DNA of 63,935 bases, counting the filler, from Rozella allomycis CSF55 (lineage: Eukaryota): assembly GCA_000442015.1 (NCBI GenBank). It is 5 parts of 5 records of this genome, joined end to end, with 100 filler letters (N's around TTAATTAATTAA, not from the genome) between each part and the next. Parts side by side here need not be neighbours in the genome. Positions count along the whole stretch, not along the records: positions 1 to 31,812 come from KE560395.1; positions 31,913 to 58,511 come from KE560403.1; 3 more parts are not named here. One strand, 5' to 3'. Within the stretch, counting starts at the first letter, position 1. Every line of letters begins with the position of its first letter. Shown here one piece after another: positions 24,402 through 35,274 of this stretch. The translations under genes were made by a program, and so were the position numbers. Below the pieces are notes generated by a model, which did not search any database, was not told where the DNA came from, and worked only from the letters and a program-made list of their open reading frames with translations.

Positions 24402-27400
24402 ATGACTGAACTTTCCTTTCAAGGACGTGTAGCAATTATCACTGGCGCAGGCGGTGGTCTCGGCCGCACCTACGCGCACCTGCTAGCATCTCGTGGAGCG
24501 AGCATTGTCGTGAATGATTTGGGGGTGACTCGCAGCGGGTCAGGGCACTCATCCAATGCAGCGGATGTTGTAGTTTCTGAAATTGTGAAGAATGGGGGCA
24601 AGGCTGTTGCAAACTATGATTCTGTTGAGGATGGCGACAAGATTGTTGCGTGTGCATTGAAAGCGTTTGGGAGGATTGATATAGTGATTAACAATGCGGG
24701 GTAAGAGGATGGGATGTTTGGGAGTAGGATATTGAGAGACAAGAGTTTTGCCAAGATGAGTGATGAGGACTGGGATCTGGTGTATCGTGTGCATGTGAGG
24801 GGCAGTTATAAGGTGACCAAGGCTGCGTGGCCGCATTTGATGAAGCAAAAGTATGGGAGGTATGGTTGATGGGTGGTTGTTAGTAGGATTATAATGACGT
24901 CGAGTGCCGCTGGGATTTATGGGAACTATGGGCAAGCTAATTATAGTGCGGGTAGGTGTTGTTTGGAGGTTTTATTGTAGCTAAAGCGGCGTTGGCTAGT
25001 TTTGGGTTTACATTGGCGAGAGAGGGGGCACGAAATAATGTTTATACGAATATTATTGCACCGTTGGCGGCATCGAGGATGACTGAGAGTGTGTTGCCGC
25101 CTGAGTTGCTAGCTGCATTGAAGCCTGAATTTGTGGCGCCAGTTGTTGGATGGCTGTGTCATGAGAAGAGTGAGGAGAATGGAGGGTTGTTTGAGTTGGG
25201 AGCGGGGTATGTTGGCAAGTTGAGATGGGAGAGAAGCAAAGGGGTGCTGTTGAAGACTGATGAGAGTTTGACGCCTGCAGCTGTTGGCGCCAAGATTGAA
25301 GAGGCTATGAATTTTAAGAATGTGGAGTATCCAACTGCGATAACTGATACTGATTGGGTAGGATTGGCGGAAAAGGCCAGGGAATTGAAGAGGAATGAGA
25401 GTAGGGAGGATATGAGGTTTGATGGAAGAGTGGTGATTGTTACTGGAGCAGGAGCGGGTATTGGCAGATGTTATGCATTGATGTTTGGAAGATTGGGAGC
25501 AAGTGTTGTGGTGAATGATTTGGGCGTGAGTACAACAGGACAGGGAAGCAGTTCAAGAGCTGCAGATAAAGTTGTTGAAGAGATTAAAGGCTTTGGTGGA
25601 AAGGCTGTAGCTAATTATGATTCAGTTGAAGAAGGGGAGAAGATTGTTGATACGGCAATTAAATCGTTTGGAAGGGTTGATGTTGTCATTAATAATGCTG
25701 GGATATTGAGAGACAAGAGTTTTATGAGGATGAGTGATGAAGATTGGGATTTGGTGCAAAGAGTGCATGTGAGAGGTAGTTTTAAAGTGGCTAAAGCGGC
25801 ATGGCCATTTATGATTAAGCAAAAGTATGGAAGAATAGTGAATACAGCATCAGCGGTTGGATTATATGGAAATTTTGGACAAGCTAATTACAGTGCGGGT
25901 AAAGTGGAGTTTATTTATATATTTAATAGCAAAGTTGGCGTTGGTTGGGATGAGTAACACTTTGGCGCAAGAAGGAAGTAGATTTAATATTAAAGTGAAT
26001 ACTGTGGCACCAAATGCAGGTACCAGAATGACAGGTAAAGAATTTTAAAGAAGATTAATAGCAACGATATTGCCACCAGAGATAGTGGAAGCATTGAAGC
26101 CTGATTTTGTAGCGCCGTTTGTTGGATATTTAGCCAATGAAAAGAATGAAGTTAGTGGAGGTGTGTTTGAAGTTGGATCAGGATGGATATCAAGAGTTAG
26201 ATGGCAGAGAAGCAGGGGAGTAGCATTTCCCATAAGGAATGGATTTAGTATTGAGCAAGTTGCATCCAAGTGGAAAGAGATTGTTGATTTTAAGAGTGTT
26301 GATTATCCAACTAATCCAACTGAGTCTCTTTCAATGATGATATCAAGTGTAGAGAATGTTAACAAACCAAGTGACAAGACTGATGATAAAGCAATTGATA
26401 AGACTACTGTTAAGAGTGTGAATGTGGAAGAGATAAGAAAAGTAGAGTTGCCAATATTTGATTATAAATTGAATCAAGAGATTGTTATTTTGTATAATTT
26501 GAGTGTTGGAGCTAAAAGAAAAGATTTAAAGTATACGTTTGAGTTGTCTGATGGATTTTCAGCTGTTCCTTCAATTGGAGTGATACCAGGGTTTCTGTCA
26601 TCGTTTAGTGTTCCATTGGATAAATATTTACCACCGTTTAATCCAATGATGTTATTGCATGGAGAACAATATTTAGAAATTGTTGGGAATGTTCCAATTA
26701 AAGGAGAAATGAAATCTCAATCTAAAATAGTTGATGTTGTTGATAAAGGGAAAGCAACAGCAGTGTTAATAAAGACAATAACAAAAGATGAGAATGGAAA
26801 TGTTTTATTTGTTAGTGAATCTACTAGTTATATTTTAGGCTTAACAAAATTAAATGTTGGAAAGAAATGGTCAGTTGAAAGACCATCAGCTGCAATATCT
26901 GATAATCATCCACCTAATCGTTCACCTGATTTTGTTTCAAAGGATTTTATTCCAGAAACACAAGCAGATTTGTATCGTTTATTAGTTGATAAGAATCCAC
27001 TTCATGTTGATCCCTTAATGTCTTCTTTAGCTGGATTTGATCAACCTATTTTGCATGGGTTGTGTACATTTGGTTATTCAACTAGAATGATTCTTGAAGC
27101 GTTTAATTTAAATTCAAATCAAATTAAATCAATCAAAGTTAGATTCAATAAACATGTTTTCCCTGGTGAAACAATTCAAACTGAAATGTGGAAAGTTGAA
27201 AATAAAATCATCTTTCAAGTCAAAGTCTTGGAAAGAAATGTGTTCGCTATAACAAATGCTGCTATTGAATTAAAAGATTCTTCTTTTCCAAAATTAATTG
27301 CTTCTTTTTCTTCTTTCAAATCAATTCCCTTGTTAAAAAGTTTAAAGTTAAATTCTGATTTAGCCAAAGTAAGTTTATCTTTCTATTTCAACTAGTTGAA

Positions 27401-27674
27401 GTCTTCTTTTCAATTTGATGTTATTGATAATTATGGATGTGTGTTTCCTGTTAGTCTTATTCTTAAATCAAATCCTTGTTTTAGTTTATCTCAAGTTAAC
27501 AACCCTGATTTAACCATTCGTGTTTACGATGATGACTTTGTTGATCTCCTTACTGGTAAATATTCCCCTCAAATTGCCCTCTTCAATTCTAAAATTAAAT
27601 TAACCGGTGATTTCACCGCCATTGCTAAATTGGAAAAAGTATTCAAAGTGTTAAAGAATACTGCCAAGCTTTAA
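24402..27674 (+). CDS. FOX2: Peroxisomal multifunctional beta-oxidation enzyme type 2 (2x SDR + hydratase 2 + SCP2)
   Basis: Two TGAGxGxGR...NNAGILRD...GQANYSAAK domains, [21 protein letters not shown]...ILHGLCTFG, an SCP2-like tail and C-terminal AKL (PTS1). Confidence 0.95.
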
Positions 27675-28214
27675 TTGAATTAAATAAACATTAATGTGTG
27701 ATTTTAACCCTTAAAAGTCATTTATTTTAATGTTTAGTGTTTAAACTGAAAAGTAATTGATACTGGAATACAATACCATCATCCCTCCAATCATAAATAT
27801 TCCATTGCAAATACACTTTTCCCATGGCTCCAACATGTACAATCCCGTTGTCAACTCGTATTGATAGTATTTCACTTTCATATACTCTATCATTCTCTTA
27901 TATGTACCCATAAACATTAATACCTTTTACCAATAATTGGATTAAATGCGCCACATTCACTTCAAATTGTTTATTCGTTTTAAACTTACGATCAAAGTTT
28001 GAACTTTGAAGTATGATAAATTAACGATAACCAATGCTTCTTCTTCATTTGGTCTTTTATCAGTTTTTAGTAAAAATGAGATCGAAAATGCGATGTGTTA
28101 TTTCATGACTTATCTAGGTAACTAATAATGAATAGCGTCTAGAGACGCCCAAAATTGGATTAATTCATTGGTATTCACAGTATATATCTGGTCATCAACT
28201 CTGCGCCACAAATA

Positions 28215-29487
28215 ATGGCTTGCGTCGCTTCGTTAGCTTCCTGTTGTCTCGCTGATGCAGGTAATCCATAAAAACAATTAAAATTCAGCATGCTGTGCTG
28301 CATCGGGTACAATAAAATGCTGCTGCAAAGCAGTCCCATGCTCCAAAGTAATCAGCACAAAACTCATCTATACCGGCGGTTTCATAGTCTCCACCATAAT
28401 TGCCTACATTCTAAACACATCGGGCTCCAACATACTGCTGAAAATGCCCAACAACACATGCACGTCGACACAATGTTTACTAATGTTTGAATACTTTTCC
28501 GTCCTCAAGATAAGTTTCGCGCTGGTAATGTATCATGCCATATTGGCGCTGTTTCTGCTTGGCGCCAAGAATACGGACGATCCCCGCAGCCATTTGCAGA
28601 ATGGGTTTTGGCCTCTGAAATTGTTGATGTGGGTTGGGCTGGTAATAGGCTCGTTCTTTATCCAAGATGCGTTTTTCGAGAAATACTGGATTGCGGCGGT
28701 TGTCTTTAGTGCCGTGTTTATCATCCTGCAGGCGATCATCCTGGTCGACTTTGCGTGCTCGTGGGCTGAGGATTGGGTCGGCAAGTACGAAATGTCCGAC
28801 AGCAATATGTACAAGTATCTGCTACTGGGGTCGACTTTTGTGCTGTATACGTTTAATTTTGTGGTGACTGTGCTACTGTACGTGTATTATACGAAGAATG
28901 AGGGGTGCGGTATTAATTCGTTTTTTGTGACGATGAATCTGATTCTGATGGTCGCTGTGTCGGTTGCGTCGGTGAACCCGAAAATACAAGAGATCAACTC
29001 GCGGTCGGGACTGCTGCAGGCTGCTATGATTGGGGCTTATAATGTGTATTTGGTGGCGAGTGCTGTAACGGAAGATCCGGACGGAAAATGTGGGTCGATT
29101 ACGACCAGCAGTGACGAAAGTGTGGCTACTCTGATGACGTATCTTGGATTGCTGTTTACGTTCCTGTCGTTGGGATACGCTGCTTTTTCGACGGGCTCTT
29201 CGGATGTGTTCCACAAACAAGATTCTGAGAGCAACGCCGATGAGGTTGAAATCGAATACAATTTTTCGTTTTTTCATTTTGCTTTTGTACTGGCGGCGTT
29301 TTATATGGCGGCTGTGATCACCGATTGGGGGTATCCGACGCTGGTGGAAGGGAATACGTTTGTTATTAAGAATAATTATGCGCCGGTTTGGGTCAAGATT
29401 TGTATGAGCTGGCTCACGTCGCTGTTGTATCTTTGGACTCTTGTCGCACCGTTGATTCTCAAGGATAGGGATTTTGGATATATATGA
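28215..29487 (+). CDS. Serinc/Tms1 family multi-pass membrane protein
   Basis: Cys-rich N-terminus, DPRSHLQNGFWPLK, ILVDFA, RSGLLQA, YNFSFFHF and WVKI...LYLWTLVAP. Confidence 0.93.
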
Positions 29488-29576
29488 CTATCTTCTGATG
29501 ATATTCCGTTAATTCAGTAATAAATTTTTTGTATAGTAAATAAACTTAAAATATGATGTACTTGAATCTCTTTTAT

Positions 29577-30602
29577 TTAGACGGCATCGGTAATTATAAT
29601 TTGACGGATCTGCCCAGTGGTTGGAGATTTGATAGTCCATTCCTTGTTGATAACTTCTAGATTGAGTTTTCCACAATTGTTGCGCTTGATCTTTACGAGA
29701 TCAAAGTTGCATAAATAGCATTTGGAACTGGTGTTTGAGATGAAGACGGTTGAATCGCCAATATTTATATCCAATTTCCATATTTGGGGCTTGCGCTTTG
29801 GAACACAATTCTTTCTGCGCCCTTCTCTGTCATCGATTGTAAGGCAAAGGTCCTCCAAATCAGTAGATTTTGGATCTAAGAGAATAGCATTCACTTGATA
29901 GTCAGTATCTCCCACAGGTGATTTCAATAACAATTTTTTCAAGTATGGTGCTTCAGGTTTCGTGAACAAGTCTCCCTGTTTTCTCCAGAAATACGCCCCT
30001 TCGATTTCTATTCTTTTCTGAAATATATTAATTGGTACAGATACAAGCCTAAGAGCATTCTTTTGGGCGTCTTTGAATTGAATGGACCAAGCTTTGTTTA
30101 CAGGCACAATTTTCAGTTTCTCACAGCTCTTTCCTTGCTTCTTTTTTGTTAATTTCATTGTGTTGCATAAGCAGAAAGTGCTTGATTTTCCCGTCTTGGA
30201 GTTTTTCAGAACAGTTGAAACAGTCGCTGTGTTATGTGATTTGACATCGAGATTCCAGATACCGCTTTTGCCTACAGTATCACATAGAGTTTTATTCTGA
30301 GATTGCGCCTTTGAACTTAGACAATAAGCTTTCCCTGGTGCATCAAACGTGGAGTTGGGAAAAACAAGAAATGTACTGATCACATGCCAGGAGACCTTGT
30401 ATGACCATTTGACAATATCAGATGTGTTTGCTACGCATGAAGACATTAGAGTATCATTAAAACGTTCCATTCTATTCAAATATAATCCTTTAGTTTCTTG
30501 GCAAATTAATGAAGAGTCATCAATTGGCGTTGTATACTTGGTGCTTTCTGCAGACACAATACATATCAGAGCCAAGAGGCAGGAATATAGGAATGAAATC
30601 AT
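29577..30602 (-). CDS. Secreted Cys-rich protein with two ~150-aa repeats (possibly ricin-B/beta-trefoil-like)
   Basis: Intronless 341-aa ORF with signal peptide MISFLYSCLLALICIVSA. Repeat pairs: YCL...C...GIWNLDV vs LCL...C...QIWKLDI, and FCLCN...CEKLKI...NKAWSI vs CYLCN...CGKLNL...NKEWTI. Confidence 0.7.
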   Translation of the reverse strand: MISFLYSCLLALICIVSAESTKYTTPIDDSSLICQETKGLYLNRMERFNDTLMSSCVANTSDIVKWSYKVSWHVISTFLVFPNSTFDAPGKAYCLSSKAQSQNKTLCDTVGKSGIWNLDVKSHNTATVSTVLKNSKTGKSSTFCLCNTMKLTKKKQGKSCEKLKIVPVNKAWSIQFKDAQKNALRLVSVPINIFQKRIEIEGAYFWRKQGDLFTKPEAPYLKKLLLKSPVGDTDYQVNAILLDPKSTDLEDLCLTIDDREGRRKNCVPKRKPQIWKLDINIGDSTVFISNTSSKCYLCNFDLVKIKRNNCGKLNLEVINKEWTIKSPTTGQIRQIIITDAV

Positions 30603-30889
30603 GGATGAAAGACGAATTCGGATAAATGACGGATATTTTAACCGTTACTTAGAAGAAAATCCTCCGATTGGTGAATGGTAGGAACAATTGCTGAATTGAT
30701 AGTTTAAATTCATTTTCAGGTAATTATTTCTAGATTAAGCACTCTTTTGGTAAAATTCAATAGATTTGATNAGGTTTGAATTCGATTTCAGATAATTATT
30801 TCTAGATTAAGCACTGTTTTGGTAAAATTCAATAGATTTGATGTTTGTATTACGTAAATTTCTATCAGATTGGATTTGGACCCTGGTAG

Positions 30890-31812
30890 ATGAGAATTTT
30901 TTTCTTTTTAGCTGCAAGCATTTTGGGTGAAAAGGCATGGAGTAAGCCCGATTCAAGCGGATCAATTAATTCACTTCCCGACAATGTTATTCGAAGAATC
31001 GAAAGTTATTTAGACACTAACGCTACTATGTCTCTTCGAGCAACGAATAGTTTCTATTACAATTTATTAGATGCAATGGACGCAAAGGATGTTGTGAAAA
31101 AATTCAAAGAGGCTGTAAGGTCTCAAGATTCCAAAAGGATAAGAGAAATTGTGCAATCGAAAGAGGCAAGAAGTGATATTTATGAGACAAAAAATGCAAA
31201 GTTGATTTCCGTGATTTTCCTTACAAGTTTAGATTTAGAACCAGCTCTTAAATCTACCATTATGGTAGAAATCAGCAACACGAATAATTTATGGCCTTTG
31301 ACTGACCAGCTTCTTGGTTCCAAAAGTATTACTGCAAAATTAGAAGGAAACGAATTGTACAAATCAATAATTTCAAAGGCCAATGTGCATAACGTTATGA
31401 CCAAAGCCGCCTGGTATGATTGTGTCAATATTTTTGCAATGTTTCAAACATCAAGAGCTTACCACGTGAAGAAAAGCGCATATCTATTCCAAAAAATCAT
31501 GGCAAAAGTTATTGCTAGGGATTCCATCAAGATTTTCAAATTATTAGATTTGCAAAGTCATATTAACCCTTATTCGCAAATTGAAATACCCCCGGGAAAG
31601 ACTATTGAATATGGTGATACGTATTTAAGTCGCGCAGTTGCCAATGATGCCCCGAAAATATTTGAATTTCTTTTAAATAAGCTTGAGAAGACTAGTTTGG
31701 GTATTGTTTTACGTATGGAAGCATCAAAAGCAGCAGAATTGAGTTCACCAAACGTCGCAACTTTGTTGGTTCGAAACTTTATGTATTCACCATCTATAAC
31801 TGACGTCCTCAC
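30890..31812 (+). CDS. Putative secreted F-box + ankyrin-repeat protein (truncated by gap)
   Basis: Hydrophobic N-terminus MRIFFFLAASILG; INSLPDNVIRRIESYLD...LRATN matches the F-box pattern; ankyrin-like units such as YGDTYLSRAVANDAPKIFEFLL. Intronless. Confidence 0.7.
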
Positions 31813-31912
31813 NNNNNNNNNNNNNNNNNNNNNNNNNNNNNNNNNNNNNNNNNNNNTTAATTAATTAANNNNNNNNNNNNNNNNNNNNNNNNNNNNNNNN
31901 NNNNNNNNNNNN
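31813..31912. other. Artificial contig-joining spacer (N44-TTAATTAATTAA-N44)
   Basis: 100-nt spacer with an all-frame stop linker, repeated identically four times in the window. Confidence 0.97.
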
Positions 31913-33634
31913 TCAACTTTTTGTTCTTCATTCTTTTTCGTCTTCTAAATTAATTCAATTAATATACATTACTTTAGATTTCTTGACTTTTTCGATTGGG
32001 ACTTCATTTGTTTCTTGGTTTTTAAGGTTGCGCTTTGAACGTTTCCTGATTTCTTTCGGTGCCTTATCAGAGTCTTTTAAAACTTCTTCATTAACAACCA
32101 CACTTGTTATTTCTTTTGGCTTTAGTCTTTCAATTTGTTCCAATTTGCCAGCTTCGTCATTTTCATCAATTTTGTCTTCAAGATCTTTCTTGCTTTCAGT
32201 ACCCTCAGACTCTTCAGGGGGCGGTGAAAAAGATAATCTTTCTCTTTTATGCAACTCTTGTTTTCTAAAACTCGAGGGCTCTTCGCCTAATTCTCTTTTT
32301 TCATGCTTTTGCAAGGTCAATATCAAATAATTTTCAATCAAATTTACAAAATCTTGTCTCTTTTCGAAGTTTACGCCATTTACAATGCAATCATTGCGGA
32401 TCCACACCTATTAAATACAATAATCCTACTTACCCTAGTATCATCACCTTCATCGGACGACCAATAAAGCTCATATGCTCTATATTGTAATCCAAAGCTA
32501 GGATTTCCCTTTCCAAACATAAGCCTATGGTCAATTATGCTCAAGTTTCGAACATGCTTTGGGATCGTCAATTGTTCCACCACCGTTTCTTTTTCAAATC
32601 CAGGCAAACTATTCGGAAATTGGGCAGCTTGATTCAACAAAATTTTCTTCCTGGAATAAGTCAATACTATATATTTACATTCTTTTCACATCGTTTACAC
32701 TTCTGTTGTGAAATTTTAACGTTTCGTCTCGATATATGGATCTATGACAATAATTATGCTGTTAAACAATTTTTTTGTATTTTACTCTTATTAAACCAGT
32801 TATCAAGTTTTCTATCTCATACAGAGTCCAACAACGGTCTGGGAATTCCATGTGTTTACAAAATTGAACAAGGGTGAAAATCCTAACCCTAATTTTTCAA
32901 AACTTAAAAATAGGTTGCAAAAAGTATTTTATTAGCTAGACGGTTATTATTTCGTCCGCTGGAATAGCTATGTTTTGCCTTTGTTATTAAATGGATAAAA
33001 TATACTTTAAGTTTTTCAAGTATTCGTCAAAGCTAGCAACATTCATGCCGTTAATATCTCTAATTTCAGAGAGTACATGCAAAATCTACCTTAATGCCGT
33101 AATTAAAATATGTGTTGATGAAACATCTTTTAGCCAGTATTCATACAAAAGTTCTTTCCAGTTACCATATTTTTCCTGTAACTCCTCAAGTGACAATAAT
33201 TCCACACAACGACCATTGTGATCATCTTCTCCGATTGGATCAGCATTAATCACTAAAACTTCATACTAACAAAATTCAAAGGCATCGTTACCAAGGAATT
33301 ACCATTGCACTGTAATATACAGGCTGCAACTGATTGTGTTTTAGGCTTCATTCCAATTATTGTCGACAACATATCAGCGTAATCTGGAATACCTTCAAGA
33401 TATTGCTTTTTCAAAACACGAAATCAATAAAATGTTTGGGATTAATATTTACCTGTCTTTTAAATCAACGTTTGTTCGCCTAACATGAAAATTGTACTTG
33501 ATATCATCTCCAATCTTTCTCCAGTTACCAACACCATGCTAAACATTTAAATTTAAAAAATTTACCTCCATAATACCATGGATCAAATCTTCTGTCTCCT
33601 TTTGAGACCAAGGGACCTTTGGTCGTTTTGTCAT
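31913..33634 (-). CDS. Telobox/TRF-like Myb protein with two Myb repeats and a possible chromo-like region; 3' end lost in gap
   Basis: Repeat 1: KVPWSQKETEDLIHGIMEHGVGNWRKI...RTNVDLKDRFRVLKK. Repeat 2: RCWTLYEIENLITGLIRHNY...KFHNRSVNDVKR. Splicing near 32880-32945 could not be resolved. Confidence 0.65.
33425..33452 (-). other. Candidate non-canonical GT-TG intron (28 nt)
   Basis: GTAAAT...TTATTG removal restores LKDR-FRVLKK in frame. The next AG, 19 nt downstream, gives a frame that hits a stop. Confidence 0.7.
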
Positions 33635-33784
33635 AGTGGCGCAGATATCAACAATGCTCTTCTAGACTCCCGTATACTAAGTGTACGTGCACTGGCTTTA
33701 TTATTGATACATAGAACTGTTTAGATTGTCAGAATGGCATAATTGAATTTATTACGAAATTCATGTGGCTGGAATCATTTAGAT

Positions 33785-35116
33785 ATGGACAATACTAGTA
33801 CACAAAGACTTGAAATAGAGGCAAGGGATAATACCGACCCAGAGAAAGATTATAAAGAGAACTTGAGATTTTTTTGCATTCAAGTTAAAAATCTATTTAA
33901 GCCTCTCCTAATTACGTTTTGTTTAGTATCTTGGTTTTCATTAACTACAATTGACGAGAAAAGTAGTAATTTATCACCGTAAACTTTTAAACATTATTTA
34001 AATCAAGAACTTTGGTTTATAAGCAGTCATCCGGTGATTCGACTTCAACCATTTTGGGTGGGTCCTTAATCAATGCATTGATAGTATTAGGTTCGATTGT
34101 TGGGATGACTCTTTTATTTGTGCTATGTTATGTTCTCAAATTATACAAAGTAAGGATTTTCAATTACTTAGAGCAGTTAATATATGCATGGCTCGGCCTT
34201 TCAACGTCAATGATTCTCGGAGGCACCGGAGGATTGACTTTCTATGGTATAATAAGATATTACAATATCGCCATGGATTATGTAACGTTCTTTTTCTGCT
34301 TGTGGAACTTTGTAGCAGTCGGATTGTTATGCATATATTATCATGCGCCGTTATATATTCAGCAATCCTATTTAGTGGTAGTTTCTGCATTACTTGCAAC
34401 AAACATGGCACGCTTGCCGGAATGGACAGCATGGTGCGTGGTGAGCGTAGTATCTATTTACGGTAAACAATAGTATTTGTAATTGTAAGACCTTTTCGCT
34501 GTCCTTTGCCCAAAGGGTCCTCTGAAAATGCTTATTAATACCGCAGAAGAAAGAAATGAAGCTCTTCCTGGTTTATTATATTCTGTGGGAATGGCAGATA
34601 CGTCAAAATCAATGAAAGCAGCACCTGGAGTTTATCAAGTTCAAGTAGGTATCGATGATTTAGAAAACAAAAATTCTTTCGAGATTGTTGATAATATAAC
34701 CTCTCCTGAAGTTGAAACAGATGACACTATNGGCATCACCTGGAGTATATCAAGTTCAAGTAGGTATTGATGATTTAGAAAACAAAAATTCTTTTGAGAT
34801 TGTTGATAATATAACCTCTCCTGAAGTTGAAACAGATGACACTATTAGAGACGGAGTGAAATTGGGGCTCGGGGACTTTATCTTTTACAGCGTAATCATT
34901 GCGAGAGCAGCCATGCTTGACTGGATTTCATTTGTTACTTGTTCAATATCTCTTTTGACTGGACTTTGCGGAACTCTATTACTATTGATGGTATACGAAA
35001 AAGCACTTCCTGCTTTACCTATATCGATTGCTCTTGGCTTGATATCTTACTTTACCTCTCGCTACTTAGTTATTCCATATATTGTATTTTTAAATAAAAA
35101 TGGATTAGTTATTTAG
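33785..35116 (+). CDS. PSEN: Presenilin (gamma-secretase catalytic subunit, A22A)
   Basis: [20 protein letters not shown] (split by an intron), [11 protein letters not shown] and ALPALPISI; both catalytic aspartates are present. Confidence 0.95.
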
Positions 35117-35274
35117 TGATATTTGATTTAAGGAGGATAATTGACAAATTATCACGAGCACATTTTTTTGTAACCTTTACAACATTCAACAGAAATATTG
35201 TACTTTATTTCGAATTAATTTTCTTGTGTTAATTTCCTAATGAAGGAATTTTCACTTCGACAATTTCAGGTCTA

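Noticed and set aside
31857..31868. Palindromic TTAATTAATTAA between N runs, repeated four times
   Set aside because: The identical 100-nt construct each time marks an artificial linker. Gene adjacency across these spacers is not evidence of linkage.
32881..32893. TTAGGG-like sequence (CCTAACCCTAA) inside the telobox gene
   Set aside because: Fewer than two repeat units, so compatible with chance.
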